Shown here piece after piece: positions 24,698 to 39,511 of a stretch of 64,000 nucleotides of DNA. The stretch lies in the NCBI GenBank assembly GCA_964016885.1, contig OZ024740.1, positions 63,984,001-64,048,000 of the forward strand, given 5' to 3'. Below the pieces are notes generated by a model. That model ran no database searches. It saw only the letters and a program-made list of their open reading frames with translations, and was not told where the DNA came from. The number at the start of each line of letters is the position of its first letter. Position 1 is the first letter of the stretch. The stretch is from Eledone cirrhosa (lineage: Eukaryota). The position numbers and the translations under genes were made by a program.

Positions 24698-25789
24698 ATA
24701 CGAATATTATGAATTCCGTTTTGAATCTGTCTCGTGGACTCAGCATGGCTCAATGGTTTTGATGTTCATCTCTCAATCATAAGATCCCAGGTTCACTCTC
24801 ATTGCGTTGCATCTTAGGTCAGTGTCATTTACCAAAGCTTCAGGTCGACCTAAGTCTGGGGATTGAAACTGGGTTGATAGATACTGGAGTATCTATGAAC
24901 CCAGTTAAAATGCCAGTCTTTTTTCACAGTTTGAAAATTAAGTTAATAATACAGGTGTTTGGGAAATGCTCAGCCAACTACACGTTAATTTCATGACTAG
25001 ATTGTTCCCTTGATCATGCAAATAGGGCGCCATTTCACTTAATTCCATTTGAAACTTAATTGCTGAAAAATGCTTCATGTTTTCTTTTTGATAATGATGG
25101 AGCTTCTGGGAAATTTGTTCTTGGTTCAATTTTCTATTTCAATCATGCTACCGTTTATATATTTTGTTGTTTGCATAGACGTTTTTCCTCATAGTGCTCA
25201 ATTATTCTCCTAATTGTTCGCACTATTGTTTCATTCACTCCTATGTCTCACTTAATGTTTGTGTTGTTCTCGCCATTTTCATATCTTTTGATAGCATTCG
25301 ATCCACCATTTTGAATTAATTCTTTCTCGTTTTAGCACTAAAATATTTCTTGTTGCTCTTTCGTGGATTCAGATTTGTCGAAGTTAAACTATTCACAAAA
25401 CATGACGCCACATTCATCAATCATAATAAGACCGTTCGAAAAATCTCCACAAACATTCCTCACAAGAGATTTGAAATTATTTTCGTGCTAATCATGTTTT
25501 CCCAGATTTAGTATTAATTTAGACACTGTTAATTTGAGAAACATGCCATTCAAACCTCTCTTAAACGAGGGTTTGATGCATATACCTATATATGCATATC
25601 CACCTATACGTAGAGACGCTGTGAGATTGTTCATATAATCCATTACCAAAAATCTCAGTGAGTTTTATCACGGTAGCTGGAAAGAGTGTTCTATTATGGC
25701 GCAAAGTGTCAATATACAGTAATTTTAGTCTTTCTTTAAAATGCTTTTCAAATGATTATCTTAAACAGATCAGTGTTAATTGTATAATT

Positions 25790-26580
25790 TTAAAGTGTTG
25801 ATCTTAGTCCTGCCATGAAATTCCTGTACCTGCAGAAGAAAATTCCAAAGGAAAGTCAAGAGTTTATGAGTTTATTGTGCAGACATTGGTTGTCAAATAT
25901 CCATCATCCTGGATGGTGAAGAAGTATTGTGACAACTTTCAGAGTAGAGTATTTGAGATCAAATATGTAGCACATTCTGGAAGGTCATCAATATGTCCAC
26001 TCCTGAAATTGTTGATCAAGTCAATGGCCTAGACAATTGCTGAAATACTTCCGATGTCCAGAAAACGGCTTGGTTCATAATTTACGAGCATTTAAGTATG
26101 TAGAAACTGTCAGTCAAGTGGGTGACAAAATTGTTGAATAATGATCAGAAAGGAAATCAAGTGGACACCTCAATGTAGATTTTACAGCAATTTCGGCGAT
26201 TTTCGAGTTATCTGTTTTGGAGCTACAGGTCACTGTTAATGAAACGCAGTTACACCCCTATGATCCGTAAACGAAACAAAAATCAATGGATCGGCAAAAA
26301 CAAAATAGATATCTGAAAGTTACTGGAAAGTCATGGCCACTGATATTTGGAAGTTAAGGATGATGACTATCGTGAAAAATGTCAAACAATCAACACATAA
26401 TACTACTCTAACATTCTGTGCAGATCTAAAAAAGGCGCTAACGATCAATGTTATGAAGAATTGAGAAGTTTGAGAAGTCATGCGTTGTGTAGAGCTGTGG
26501 AATAACTCGTAAGGTTTTGGGCTCTAGGTTATTCCGTTATTGGTTGAACTGAGAAACTTTCAGCACCCTTTTCGTATATA
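25790..26580 (+). mobile_element. Heavily decayed mariner transposase remnant
   Basis: MKFLYLQKKIPKE. KLSVKWVTKLLNNDQK is WVPxxL-like. VTVNETQLHPYDP*TKQKS is DETW..YDPETK-like. TIR-like aactttcagcacccttttcgta near 26555-26577. Confidence 0.7.
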
Positions 26581-27187
26581 TAAATCTAAATACGCATCTT
26601 GACATAGACGCGTACGTGACGTTCCCACGTATATATATCTACTTTGGTTGTTGGAAGACATATGCTGACAACAGTCATCTATACATAGAATAAAGAGATG
26701 AAATATTTTTTATTATATCAAGAAAAGTAGTTACAAGTTTCACCGACTGGCTGTTAAGTTAAGGCGTAATATACTGAGTGACATGCTGAACATTTTCTCA
26801 ATTAATAGAAATTTCTTTACTAGTTGAAAAAAGGGACGAACCTTGCAGCAACTCTAGCGACTCTTTATGAAAAAGAGACAATCTCAAGAAGCATTTCGTT
26901 CTATCACATAAACTAACAACCTCCATGAACTTGATCTTACCACCTTCAGCAAATTACTCGACAAGTCGATACAATCTAAATAGAAAAAAGCCAACCCTGT
27001 CACATATAACTCTATTAACGATGAAGCTGATTACATCACCACTACCACGAGGATAGAAATTAGATTAAAATGCTTAGTGAAGAGGGAGGCTTCCGACATG
27101 TACTTATAGTAATTGGCCTTAATAATTATATTCAAACTCGCCCTACGGACTGGAGTTGCTCTAGACCTTGGATATCTTTACCTACTA

Positions 27188-27188
<1 letters not shown>

Positions 27189-27258
<70 letters not shown>

Positions 27259-27259
27259 T
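27189..27259. repeat. (TAC)n microsatellite
   Basis: Perfect run. Confidence 0.95.
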
Positions 27260-27844
27260 ATGTATGTATGTACGTATGTTTGTATGTATGTTTGTATGTA
27301 CGTGTGCGTGTGCTTTTATATTTACACTTATTGTTTTTTATGCCCTGTAAATGTACGATTCGACAAATAGAAATCGATAATATATATACGATACTTAAAA
27401 AATAACTACTGAGGTCGACATGAAAAACTAAATCCTTTGAAGATCATGCCACAGCATGCCAGCAGTACAGTCACTGAGAACAGTAAAGAAAAAAATAACA
27501 TCGAAACTATTACCTTATCTGTTTCTTCATTTTATTCTACTTATACCCCAAAATAACACGTATACACGAACACACTCTCAGATATACACTCACACACCCA
27601 CCCACTTGTACACATGCACACACATACACTTATGGTTGCATATCGAATCAGATGATGATCATCTCCTTTATTTGTGGGTCCTTTGATGATTGTCCATCCA
27701 AATGTTTCATATCAAGCTTCAAACGCAGACCTTATATGTAAATGTTTGATTGTAAAACTAGGTGCAAGCATCTCTCTTTTATCGCTTTTATTAGTAATAT
27801 TGAGTGGTATACCTCATATCTTTAATCTCCTCCGAACAGTGAGA

Positions 27845-28070
27845 TTGCTAGACTGGAGAGCACATGACCTGTTGGACTTACGGCCATAATGTCGTGGGTT
27901 CAATTCTTGACCAGTATACCCAGCTGAAAATGAGTACTAGCAATAGCTGGAGATTTAATCCCGCGATGGAGTGGTGTTCTGTCCAGGGAAAGTCTTGTAC
28001 TCCCAGACACTTCACGCCACGGAAACCGAGATATGCACCACTCTGATGTACTTTTGGCCTCGAAACAGAC
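27845..28070 (+). mobile_element. SINE family 2 copy (degraded)
   Basis: B-box-like ggttcaattc and cagctgaaaatgagtac(t/c)agcaatagctgg shared with 57415-57665. Confidence 0.65.
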
Positions 28071-29922
28071 TTTAGACTTTTTAGAGCAGTGAGATCTTCA
28101 ATATATACATACGTATTGACGTTGTTACTATTCAAATTGCTCTTCGTGTGATTTATGGGCCGTTAATTTGGTACTCTAGCCAGGTGTTGACCATAGTATA
28201 GGAAGAAGGACAGGAACCTACGGAGGATATGCGAGTCAGCCATTTTAGTTAATACCTATATATTTAGGATTCAGTGCTGCTCAGTATTTCTGAGAGCGTA
28301 ACGTCCATCTTGTGACTGAAAAGGTCGTCTTCATACATTGGACGTTATAAGGCAGCCAGAGTATTAATGTATTATCTGCATGTTGTTTATACAGAAATGT
28401 AGTCACGGTAGACAAAGACCTTGGTATGGAAGCTGAGTTGGTTATTTAGAAGAACCGTCTTTCTGTGTCTTTCAAACGGTGACGAATTTAGCGAGAGTTG
28501 TACACTGGACATTATAAGCAACTCACAATTAGAAGCAGCGTCTGTGCCCAGAGACAAGACGGATACAAGTGATTTGAGGATGATTCTACCGAAAGGCTGG
28601 TGAGAACTGAGGAAATTGGCCAGGTTATTGTTGGTGTTGTTGCATTTTAAGTCTCTAGTAATGTCTGTTATTTCCAGTTAACTCACCTTTTTGCATGTCT
28701 AGAACTACATTGATCAATTTTTTTTGTGTATAAAATTTAAGGTGTAATGTGAGACAAAATGGCTTATGAAGAAACCAAATATATGTTGGAAGGAAGGTTA
28801 CACACACAAACACACACATATATATAAAATAAGGGAGAGACATATATATTTACTTTATAGCGTTTGTACACAGTACTAACATATTAACAATTACGTTGTG
28901 TAATTTTAGCCATTAAAGAAAACACGTTAACTGTTAAATTCAATTTTCGTATATTTTGAGATATGTCAACATTTTCGTTGCACCTCTATGATTTGGTTAC
29001 TGATATAATTCTATTGCAACTTAGTTATTGTCGAGCTTTTAGAGATCTTAGATTTTTCTTCTTTGTTATGTTTTTTCTTTGTTAACTTACAGATATATGG
29101 GTCTATTCCATAGCTGGCGTTTGATCTATTGACACCAGCTGTCGTTAGTCACTTTTCGACACCATTATTTTATATGTTTACAAACCGGTTTTTATTCTTA
29201 TAACAGTTTCTTAACACGGTCTTCGATCAAATTACTTGCCAAAGAAGTACAATTCCGAAACTAACACATTACAATACACAAAACTATAAATGTCTTGTTA
29301 CACACGAAATATCGTACCATGTAATTATCTGTCTCTGCGAAAAAATACTATTTTGTTATTTGAGTTTTGATTTGTTCGACATTCTACAGATATTATTGGT
29401 CCCAGTTGTTGCCACTGCTATGGCATACGAATGTTATGAACTGTAAGAATTCTGTAACAAGTCGTAAATTAAAATAATGATTTTCCGTTCGTTCTATGTT
29501 GTACACAAAAATAACATGTTGAAAGATGTTTTATAGCAGATATCTTGGGTGTTATAATTTACATAGAATTATGTCTTATTCGATTATTGGTGATGGAAAG
29601 AAAAATGGTCATCGACTTTGGTACGGTGTTAACATATAACTATTTCAGGGCTAGGTTGTTCTTGATGTTTAGCCCAAGGACAGTCTCAACTCAACAAACA
29701 AAAAAGTAAATGTTATCCAGTCAAGATAATTCGGCCTTTTATTCTCGACTACATTACCCAATGCGTGTTTGAGGGACATATATTCTGTCATTACAGTGTG
29801 GATATACAAAGGCACCGCATTGAAGGGAGTCGGGGGAACATATCGATACCTGTAATTATTTTTTAAAGCATGGTACTTATTTCATTCATCTCTTTTTGTT
29901 AAACCACTAGGTTTCGGGATAT

Positions 29923-30018
<96 letters not shown>

Positions 30019-30020
30019 TC

Positions 30021-30759
30021 GATCACAGAGGAAATCAGCCAAGCTCAAGCAGTGCTCACACATGTCGAGGTTGAATCAGGCAAAATGGGACTGCATCTCA
30101 ATGCAAAGAAGACCGAAATCATGCACTACAAACAGGTTGATCCAGCCCCTGTTCTTGCTAAGGACGGTACAACAATCAAAACAGTTGAGAACTTTAAGTA
30201 TCTTGGTGCATGGATGCATAGCTTACGCAAGGACTTTGAAGTTAGAAAAGCACTAGAATGGTCGGCGTGCCACAAGCTACTGAAGGTGTGGAAGTTCGAC
30301 CTAAACCGCAAAATCAAGGAGCACCTCTTCCTAGCAACTGTTGAGGCCGTCCTGCTTTACGGCAGTGAAACGTGGACTATTGACAAAGTGCTATGCAAGA
30401 GACTTGACGGATGTTACACGAGGATGTTGAGAACGGCTCGCAACATTTCTTGGAAACTGAAGCTGACAAATAAGGAACTATTCAGATATATACTCCAGTC
30501 TCAAAAAAGTTGCCTGCCGACGAATAAAACTGGCTGGGCACTGTATCCCTTATTCAGAAGAGATAGCATCACAACTTATGTCTGGAAACCGACGGTCGGA
30601 CGAAGAAGCGTGGGAAAACAGGCCGTCTCATTCGTTGATACCCTGCTGAGAGATGCCAACATTGATAACATCGATGAACTGAGAAATGTCATGCTCGACC
30701 GGGACGATTGGAGAAAGCGCGCTGAATCTTTGCGAGTGTAAACTCGGCCGAAGAAGAAG
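30021..30759 (+). mobile_element. 5'-truncated RTE/RTE-X LINE with (GAA)n tail and 8-bp TSD ATATATTC
   Basis: GLHLNAKKTE, VENFKYLG, LLYGSETW. TSD at 30013-30020 and 30760-30767. Confidence 0.85.
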
Positions 30760-30767
30760 ATATATTC

Positions 30768-30931
30768 AACGGACTTCTGCTCGCTTAAATTTCGTCTACC
30801 AAATTTAACCCACAAGATTTTGCTCAACCCGAGGCTATATTAGGTGCTTGTAAAAAGTGCCACGCAGTGGGAGTAAACCCCAAACCAGGTGTTTACGAAG
30901 CAAACATTTTAACCATACAACCATGCCTGCG
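30768..30931 (-). mobile_element. CORE-like tRNA-derived SINE (family 3)
   Basis: Minus strand begins gcaggcatggttgtatggttaa (A-box-like), then a degenerate B-box and ctgcgtggcac core-like segment. Confidence 0.55.
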
Positions 30932-33049
30932 TCTTTGGTAATTTTTTCTAATAATAATTATTTTCCTGCACTATTATAATATAATCTAGTCGTAATTTGT
31001 ATCCAAATCTAATAAAAACATTTAGAAACAATGATTATTGTCTCTCGCACTGTCTGTACAGACAAAAGCACATACATTAATAAATACGCATAAAGACACA
31101 TACATATACATTAACAAATAAGGACATACACACATAACAGTTACTTTTGAATAGGTATATGGTTTATTTTTTCAAGGACTGAATTGTCATGACCATCTTT
31201 GGTGTTCCAATATTTTCAAAACCACAATTACTTTGTACGTTAGATTTCATCCGAGGTCTACTTTACTTTTCATTTTCCTAGAGCAGAGGAGGTTTATAAA
31301 AATTACCAGGCAAATACTGGGGGTTCTATATAATCGACTGTTCCATCCTTGAAATCACGTGACCTTGTGTCACTGTTCGCAATCAATATTAATGATGGCG
31401 TCAACAGATAATTGAAATGAGGGGAAATATAATAGTTTATTGCATCACACTGTCAATTTACAGACGAATCAAATTTCATATTTCTTTTTATAGTCAGAAA
31501 TAAATGGGCATTGCTCACTACCGATTTTCAGGCTCTCTATAACTGATGGTGGATTATATCCTCAAACCGGAGACCTAGCTCAAATGCTTATGATAGAGTG
31601 TACTCTGCAAAAGCATCCAAGGGCCGGGTGATGGATTAAGTCTATGACCCAATTATACCACATTAGAAATTGAACGAAGAGGGAAACTTTAACCTCCCGA
31701 ACGCGCACTTACATATGTTCCGAAGACACTATAATCAAACCGATAGTTGATCTGTAAATACCCATACAATATTGACTTTTTGAGGAAGGTTAGTATAGTC
31801 GATTACATCAACCTCAGTAATTGATTGGTACTTTATAGTGTCAAAATTTGTAAGCTGCGCATCTGTGAGCGTATAACACACAATTTGCAGCCAGCGTAGA
31901 AACAAAATTTCAGTAAGAACAAGATATTAATATGTGCACACAAAATGTTAGCTGCCTAGAATAATTTAGTAATCAATAATTATACTTATTATAGATTCAG
32001 TGTGCGCACACATTTTTTACAGAAAAAAAAAAAAATGAACTTGCACAACATAAAATTTCTACGTACACTGATTACTAAAAATTGGCGGGTACAAATATCC
32101 TTTATAGCAAGGATGAAAAACCAAATGGGTTCCCGGTGGTATTTGAACTCAGGACATAAAGCATGGTATAAAATCGAATTAATATGATGGATGATTTATT
32201 GCAAACTATTATGTAAAGTAACATGCATTGAGCGCATTAAATCAGCAAAGGAGAGAAAGTAAAGTAGAGCGAATAGTAAAATAAATAAAAGAAACTCAAA
32301 AATAAAAATAAAAGGCGAGTAAAACAATATTTCTAAAAAAAAAGCAATAAAAAAGGCAATGCAACATCGGTAAAAACAATAATAATAACAACCAGAGTAA
32401 AAATAACGGCAAACAGAGTTTACGGACGTTTGAGCATTTAAAACTTCAGTGGTATAAATTTTTATATGTCCGTTTTGAAATATTAATTCTTGTGTAGTGT
32501 ATTGGTCGTAAAATAGTGTATTGGGATCGATGAAGCTTGTCGATTGTGTCAAATAAAATAATATTAAAAACATAAAAAAAAATTAGCAACAACAAAACAA
32601 ATAAAATAAAATACACAAGACAAAAGAAAAACATACAAGACAAGAAAACATAAACAAGAAATAAAATGAATCAAATTTGCTTCCACAGAGATAACATAAT
32701 TATACGGTGGTATTCAATGGCAGAGGAACAACGTGATGTAAGAAGATTCTGGTGTGTATGTGTCTGTGGGTTTGTGTGTGTGAATGTGTGTATTTGTCTA
32801 TTGATCTATTTATGTGTAGTACACAAATCACAGACGCTTACAAACACACACACACACACGCACACATGCCCACGTATACAAACGACCATATATTCATATG
32901 CAGACACACACACATAGGCACACACACACACGCACACACGCACACACACATACACACATATATATGTATACACACACATACATACACACACACATATATA
33001 TATACATACACACACACATATATATATAGATACATATATATATATACAT

Positions 33050-33099
<50 letters not shown>

Positions 33100-33791
33100 A
33101 TACGTATATGTATATACGTATATGTGTCTGTATTTACGAATGATGTGGTATATATATATATAGATGCAAAACACTAGAACACTAAAGGATACAGCTGGGA
33201 TGTGTCAATTAGAAAGAAACGCACACGCACACATTCACCCCCCCCCACACACACATTCACACAAACATTAGAAATTGTCTTCTGGGACAGGAAACAAAGT
33301 AGGTGCAGTCTTGTAGAAGTAATTCTCCAACAAACACGAACGTCATATCTAAAATAATGCGATAAATGTGATAGAAACAGAAACGTATCTATACAGAAAT
33401 AATGAGAAACTTTCTAACTTTACACTCAGGGGGCGGCTACTTTCCATTTGTGAGATCAATCATTGCAGCAGTTGGCTACATGTCAAAATGGCTGAATAAG
33501 GTAGAAATTTCAACATTTGCGAAGGTATTTCCTGAGATCAGTTGAGTACCAAACCCCAGTTGCAGTCTACCTGTCATGGGAACTGTTTAAAATATGTAAA
33601 GTTATACAGACATTCTGCTTCAGATTAATGGTAATTGATGCTTATTCCACCGGAAAGTGCTATCTCACTCAACGGAATACGGTTTATCTTTAAAAAAGTT
33701 ATATATACATAGATACCTACATACGCATACATGTATGTATATATGTATGTACACACTCACATGTATGTATGTATATATGTATGTATGTAAT

Positions 33792-33826
<35 letters not shown>

Positions 33827-34318
33827 TCATTATCACACCCCGAGATTCCTATCGCTTTTTCTTGATCATTAACATCTTCTCTTACAACTAATACAGGTCG
33901 ACTTTATATGCTCACTCCACTTTTCCCTTCACAGCTCTGTATACACACATATACACCCTTATATTAACATACTTTTGCTCATAGCTTCGTACTTACATGC
34001 ACACACACTCTTTTACTCACATATACACACACATTTCTTCTTAGCTTCGTACGGACGTATAATAGCACACACATACACACACACACACACATGCTTGCGC
34101 ACGTGAACAAGTATAGCTCTTTTACAAAACGTTTTTTTTCCATTTCATGTCGACGCACTCCATCATCCACTTTTCTAAAAAATAAATTATACACAAAACG
34201 CCAGCATCAACAGTTTTGCAAGAGATGTCAACATGAATGGACTTGTTATTTTTATTTAAAGACAATTTTTCCAATTCCAGCCCACCCGTCCCCTGAATAT
34301 ATCTAATTTCTCATTCTT

Positions 34319-34354
34319 TCTTCTGATGAAGGACTAGCGTCCGAAACGTTAAGA
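34319..34354 (+). ncRNA. Minimal Penelope-type hammerhead
   Basis: TCTT-CTGATGA-a-GGAC-tagc-GTCC-GAAA-CG-TT-AAGA; the palindromic AACGTT resembles dimer-dependent PLE hammerheads. Confidence 0.7.
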
Positions 34355-34445
34355 CCCTCTTCCTGCAATATCAAGCGTTAACCTAATATATCCCTTTCAT
34401 ATACTGTACCAATTATGTTGTTATTTCTGTTTACCTTTTACACAC

Positions 34446-34572
<127 letters not shown>

Positions 34573-34766
34573 AACACGTACATATATACGTGTATACACA
34601 CACGGTTATATGAATATGTGCAATAATCTATATTTTAGCGTAGGTGTGAGTCTGAGGCAAAGCAGCTGTGACACAGCAACGCGTTTTCGTGTTCGATGTT
34701 ATCGGAGGACACCTTGGACAAGTCTTTCTACGATGACTGAGTGTAGAACATGGAAACTGTTCGACA

Positions 34767-34863
<97 letters not shown>

Positions 34864-34864
34864 C
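34767..34864. repeat. (TATC)n microsatellite at the 5' flank of Tx1 copy C
   Basis: Perfect run. Confidence 0.96.
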
Positions 34865-37800
34865 TCTACCAGACGCGTGTAACTTCGCGGAGAAGTTTCC
34901 GTTAATTTATGTAAGAAAAGAACGTGAGTTTTCAGTTAAATTTTATATTATTGTGTAACTTGACCCCCCGTCTGGACCTTCAGGTGATAGGTCAACTCAT
35001 TTTCGCCCCTACAGGGGCGAAATATTCGTTTGAAAAATTTTTTCTCCATCGAATTTTTGAAAAAATATCGTAAGAAGTTTGACTACGTTATGAACGCTGC
35101 GTTCGACGATAATGGTGGTGGAGAGTCGGTAAGACTAAATAGCTCGCAGTCAACATCGTCTTCTTCCCTTCCTTCTCCATAGATAGTATGGAGATGGAAA
35201 GACAAAATGAAATTGTAAAAACAAATTCATATCCAAACACAAATGACACAAAACAGTACAATGACAACAAGAATAACAACACCAATAATGATGATAAAAA
35301 CAACAATGACACCAACAACAACAAAAAAATAAAGACAACACCAATAATACCAGCATCAAAGACAACAACAACACCAACACCAAGGAAAATATGAACAATA
35401 TCAACATCAGTGACAACATGAATAACAACAACAAGAATAACAATAATGACAACACAACCAACACGGATAATTCCACAAAGAAACCGAAAATCTCCTTTGC
35501 ACAGACAGTTCAGAAAAAGGAGGAACTAACATATCTCGACATAACAAATGCCGAACAACTTTTAAAGGACGCTAGGAGATATGTTACTTTCGAAAAGAAT
35601 GGTGCTTTCAGCATCAATTCTCCGGTAGAAATTCGCAAGGGAACTGCTCTCAAAACGATAGCTTTTAGGACAGTTTCAAATTCTACCCGAAAACCAGTCC
35701 AATTGTCACAGAAAGAAATTGAACTGGTTTTCAAAAATTCAATGAATGATATTTCATTCATTCAAAGAAGCAAACTCTTTGGGAGTATTTCGGTTCTCAT
35801 GAAGGATCAATTGACGGCCCCAAATTACTGTGCCGCCAATTGTATACAACCTGTATACCCTTTTCCCTACATACATGGGAAAAAGGACACAAAAGATTAG
35901 AATCACGAGTGTCACACCAAAGGTAAACATATGGTGAATACTGTGCGGCTTCATCAATTTTGATGAAGACAGAATACTATCGGACAGCGAGACAAAGTTC
36001 TGCGGAAAGCCGATTTCAGCCGCTGAGATAGGGGACGCGCTGAGCCAATGCGCAAACGCAAATCTCCAGGTCTCGACGGTCTACCCTACGAATTTTACGT
36101 AGCAATGCCGGACTTATTCTCCGGTCTCCTGGAAGCGGTCTACTGCAACTGACAACAGAAAGGGAGAATTCCCAGTTCTGTGACCGGGGGCGTAGTCACA
36201 CTAGTCAGGAAGGACGAGAATAAGGGGGATGACATAGGAAACTTCCGGTCCATAACTCTGCTAAACACAGAATTACAGATTTTGGCCAAGGTGTTGGCAA
36301 AGAGGCTGGCGCTTGTCGTCGAGAACCTGGTGGGTGAAGCGCAGACATGCGCAATCCAAACCAGGTCCATACACGACAACCTCCACCTCATGCGATACAT
36401 CACAGAGAGGGTGGGGTGTAAACCCGGCTTCGGTGGGGCCCTGATCAACTTGGATCAGTCTAAGGCTTTCGATAGGGTTGACCATCGTTACCTGGATGCG
36501 GTGCTCGAGGCGGCAGGCTTCGGACCCGTGTTCAGTGGCTGGATTGCTGCAATACACAACAGCAACATCTGCTCAAGGGCCAAGGTGAACGGCTACCTCT
36601 CGGAGCCGTTCCATATCACGCGATCCATTCGACAGGGATGCCCTCTCTCCTCCCTTCTGTACGTACTGACTCTCGAGCCACTACTGCGGAAGTTAGGGCT
36701 ATTGCAGGGCATCCCTCTGTAATCGGGACTGTGGAAAGCGGCGTCGGCCTACGCCGACGACGTGACATTAATGGTCTCGAGCGCCTCGCAAATCGAGGAA
36801 GTCGGCACCTTACTGAAGGAATACGAAAGTTTCACAGGAGCGAAGCTGAACCGGGACAAGTCCATCGGTTTGCAACTCGGATCGTGGAGAGGCAAACCGA
36901 TGCCTTCCGATGGCGTCGTCGGACGCTGGACGGAAGGACCGGTAAAGCTGCTCGGGGTCTGGTTTGGTCCGGACCTCCAGGTGGAGAAGAACTGGAACGA
37001 GGTGACGGCCAAGGTGTTTGCACTCACCCAGAAGTGGGCCGAGTGCAAACTATCCTTGAAAGGTCGAGCGGAGGTGGCGAACACTTTTATAGCATCCGCC
37101 ATCTACTACCGCTTGACAGTCGTGCCTTGTCCAGCCAAAACGCTCACCAAAATGGAGCGCGCGCTCTTCCAATTCTTTTGGAAGAGGCGGGCTCCTTTGG
37201 TGAGAAGATCCATCTGCTGCCAACACCCTTCCAACGGAGGGTTGGGGATGCCGTGGCTGACGATGCGCAAACACGCGCTCAGGCTGCGGTATCGCTACGT
37301 ATTCCTCACCGGACAACCGGTGTGGGCCCCGTTAGTGAGGCGAGCCTTCCCACGACTCGTCTCGCTGACCGAGCTGCAGTCCTGGGTCAAGCAAAGACCT
37401 AGGAAAATGGGCGATTGGCACATCGAATGTGCTCAGGCGCTCACAGCCCTCTGGCAGGCGGACCCGGCGATCAGTGGAGACTCCACTTCGTCATTCTATA
37501 GAGGCAAGTGCGACGACGCGCTCGGTGAAACTCTAGGCGTAGAGGAAGATGAACTGGCCAGTCTCTTCGGTAGGACCTTCCGCCCGGGACCGATGGACAA
37601 CTTCCAAAAGTCCCTGGCCTGGCAGTGCTACTGAGGAGCTCTACCAGTTCGAGACAAGCTCTACAGACATGCAAAAAAGATCTGTCCGAGGTGCGTGCGA
37701 GACGAAGAAACCGTCGTGCACGCATTCATACACTGCCCGGGCGTCACCGACCTGTGGGGCTATGTAGAACGACTGTTGTCGCGGGTGGGACCAATCCGGT

Positions 37801-38326
37801 TGACCACCGAGTCCATTGTCATGATCAAACCGCCACCCTCCTTCAAAAACGAAGGAGAAGCGGTTTTCCTTTGTGTGATAGCTATGGCGAAAGAGGTTGT
37901 ATGGTGGACAAGGTTGAAAGTGCTGAGGTCAGACACCTTTCTCTCCGTCCAACAACTGATTCTTTTTTTCAAATACCACTTTGGAAGAAGAATCAGGATG
38001 GAGAGAGAGGTGCAAGTTTTATGAAAGGTAGGTGAAAGTGGCGAGAATGGCCCGAGTGAATGGACCTTCTCTCTATATCAGCCTGTAGGTTGAGGAAAAG
38101 GAGGAGGAGAGGAAAGGAGTACAAACTCTTCGTACTCCTGGAGATGAGGGTTGCACATTTTTTCGGGGGAATGTGTTACCCATATGAATTGTCTCCCCCT
38201 ATTGGGGAAAATCGACTAATTTTTAAATTGCATTTGTGATAATATTTTACACGTTTTTATTGTATGTAAACTTCCCCCTTTGTATTTGTCCCCTTTTTTT
38301 GTGCCCCTGTGGCTAATAAAGAAACA
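34865..38326 (+). mobile_element. Tx1/L1-clade element, second family (copy C); internally deleted (ORF1 C-terminus and APE missing, junction ~35965), multiple stops
   Basis: Asn-rich ORF1 start at 35188-35940 joined to RT (GKPISAAE, SPGLDG, LDQSKAFDRV, RQGCPLS, YADD) clearly homologous to 3598-5772. Ends gtggctAATAAAGAAA like copy B. Confidence 0.9.
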
Positions 38327-38569
38327 TATGTATCTATCTATCAATTTATCTATCTATTAATTTATCTTCCTTGCTTCCTTCCTTATCTCATCTTATAATT
38401 CTTTCTGTCAGTCTGTCTCACTATCTATCTATTTACCTATCTCTCTCTCTGTACACATATGTACACCCCCCCCACACACACTTATATATATACATATAAT
38501 ATATAAACAATAGCCATTGGGTGAAGGTCAGCTACTCTTGCGCTAAAAATGAGATGAGATATCTCCAGC

Positions 38570-38880
38570 AAGATAACTTAATACAGCGTACGAAGCTCTA
38601 GGTGTAGAAAGCATGAAAACTACCCACTAAATCAAACATACAGCGTCAAGTTCAATACTACTATGCTGCAGCAAATAAGTGAAGAAGAAAGAATTCCATA
38701 GATAAGGCCCAGAGAAAATTCAAGCGAATAATATATGTTTCAACGATGAAAATTCATTCAGAAACCTGGACAAACACAATTTCATGAAACTGGCAAGCCA
38801 TATTTGGAGATTAAAAACAAACACAATTCATCTAATAAGATCAAATGAAAAATCTTAGAATGCTGAAAATCCAATTCCAA
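38570..38880 (+). mobile_element. Decayed Penelope-like (Naiad-type) GIY-YIG remnant
   Basis: RCRKHENYPL and SFRNLDKHNFMKLASHIWRLK resemble the C..CPL and SF..LS.HIW.LK motifs. Confidence 0.45.
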
Positions 38881-38911
38881 TAAATCAAGGAAATATTGTT
38901 AAACTTTAGGT

Positions 38912-39034
<123 letters not shown>

Positions 39035-39511
39035 TATCTATGTCTCTCTCTCTCTCGCTCTATCTATCTATCTATATATGTATAAATAAAGAAACATATA
39101 TATGTATATATATAATATGAGTATAGACTAAAAAAAAAAGAAAACAATTTCAGTCATATTACGCCACAAATAGTTCTATACAATACAGACTAAAACTATA
39201 TTTTCTAGAGCTTCATTTATACAAATTATATTTAGATATAATTATGTACAGTATATAAAAAGTAAGCATTGCAAGCAAAACATACATTTTAAAATAAAAA
39301 TATTATTTTTTTCCTACAAACTCGTGTTCATACTGTGGTTTCGTTTGACAAAGAATAGATTGTAATTGAGATAATTAAATAAATAATTCGTGAATTAAGA
39401 CGTCAAACCCATCAGTAAGCATTGTCTTAAAACATACATTACGGCATCGACAAGAAAATTCAAATGAATTATTTTGTGTTGGTAAACGTCTAGACAGATC
39501 TATTTTAATGC

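Noticed and set aside
28180-28640. Possible exon-like GC-richer segment
   Set aside because: The minus strand shows faint RTE-like residues (NNQLSFHTKVFVYR) with many disruptions; too decayed to call and not a host exon.
32666-33177. ORFs of 60-180 aa rich in [12 protein letters not shown] (also at 16.3-19.4k, 40-42.5k, 44.5k, 47-49k)
   Set aside because: These are stop-free translations of (TA)n/(CA)n microsatellites, not proteins.
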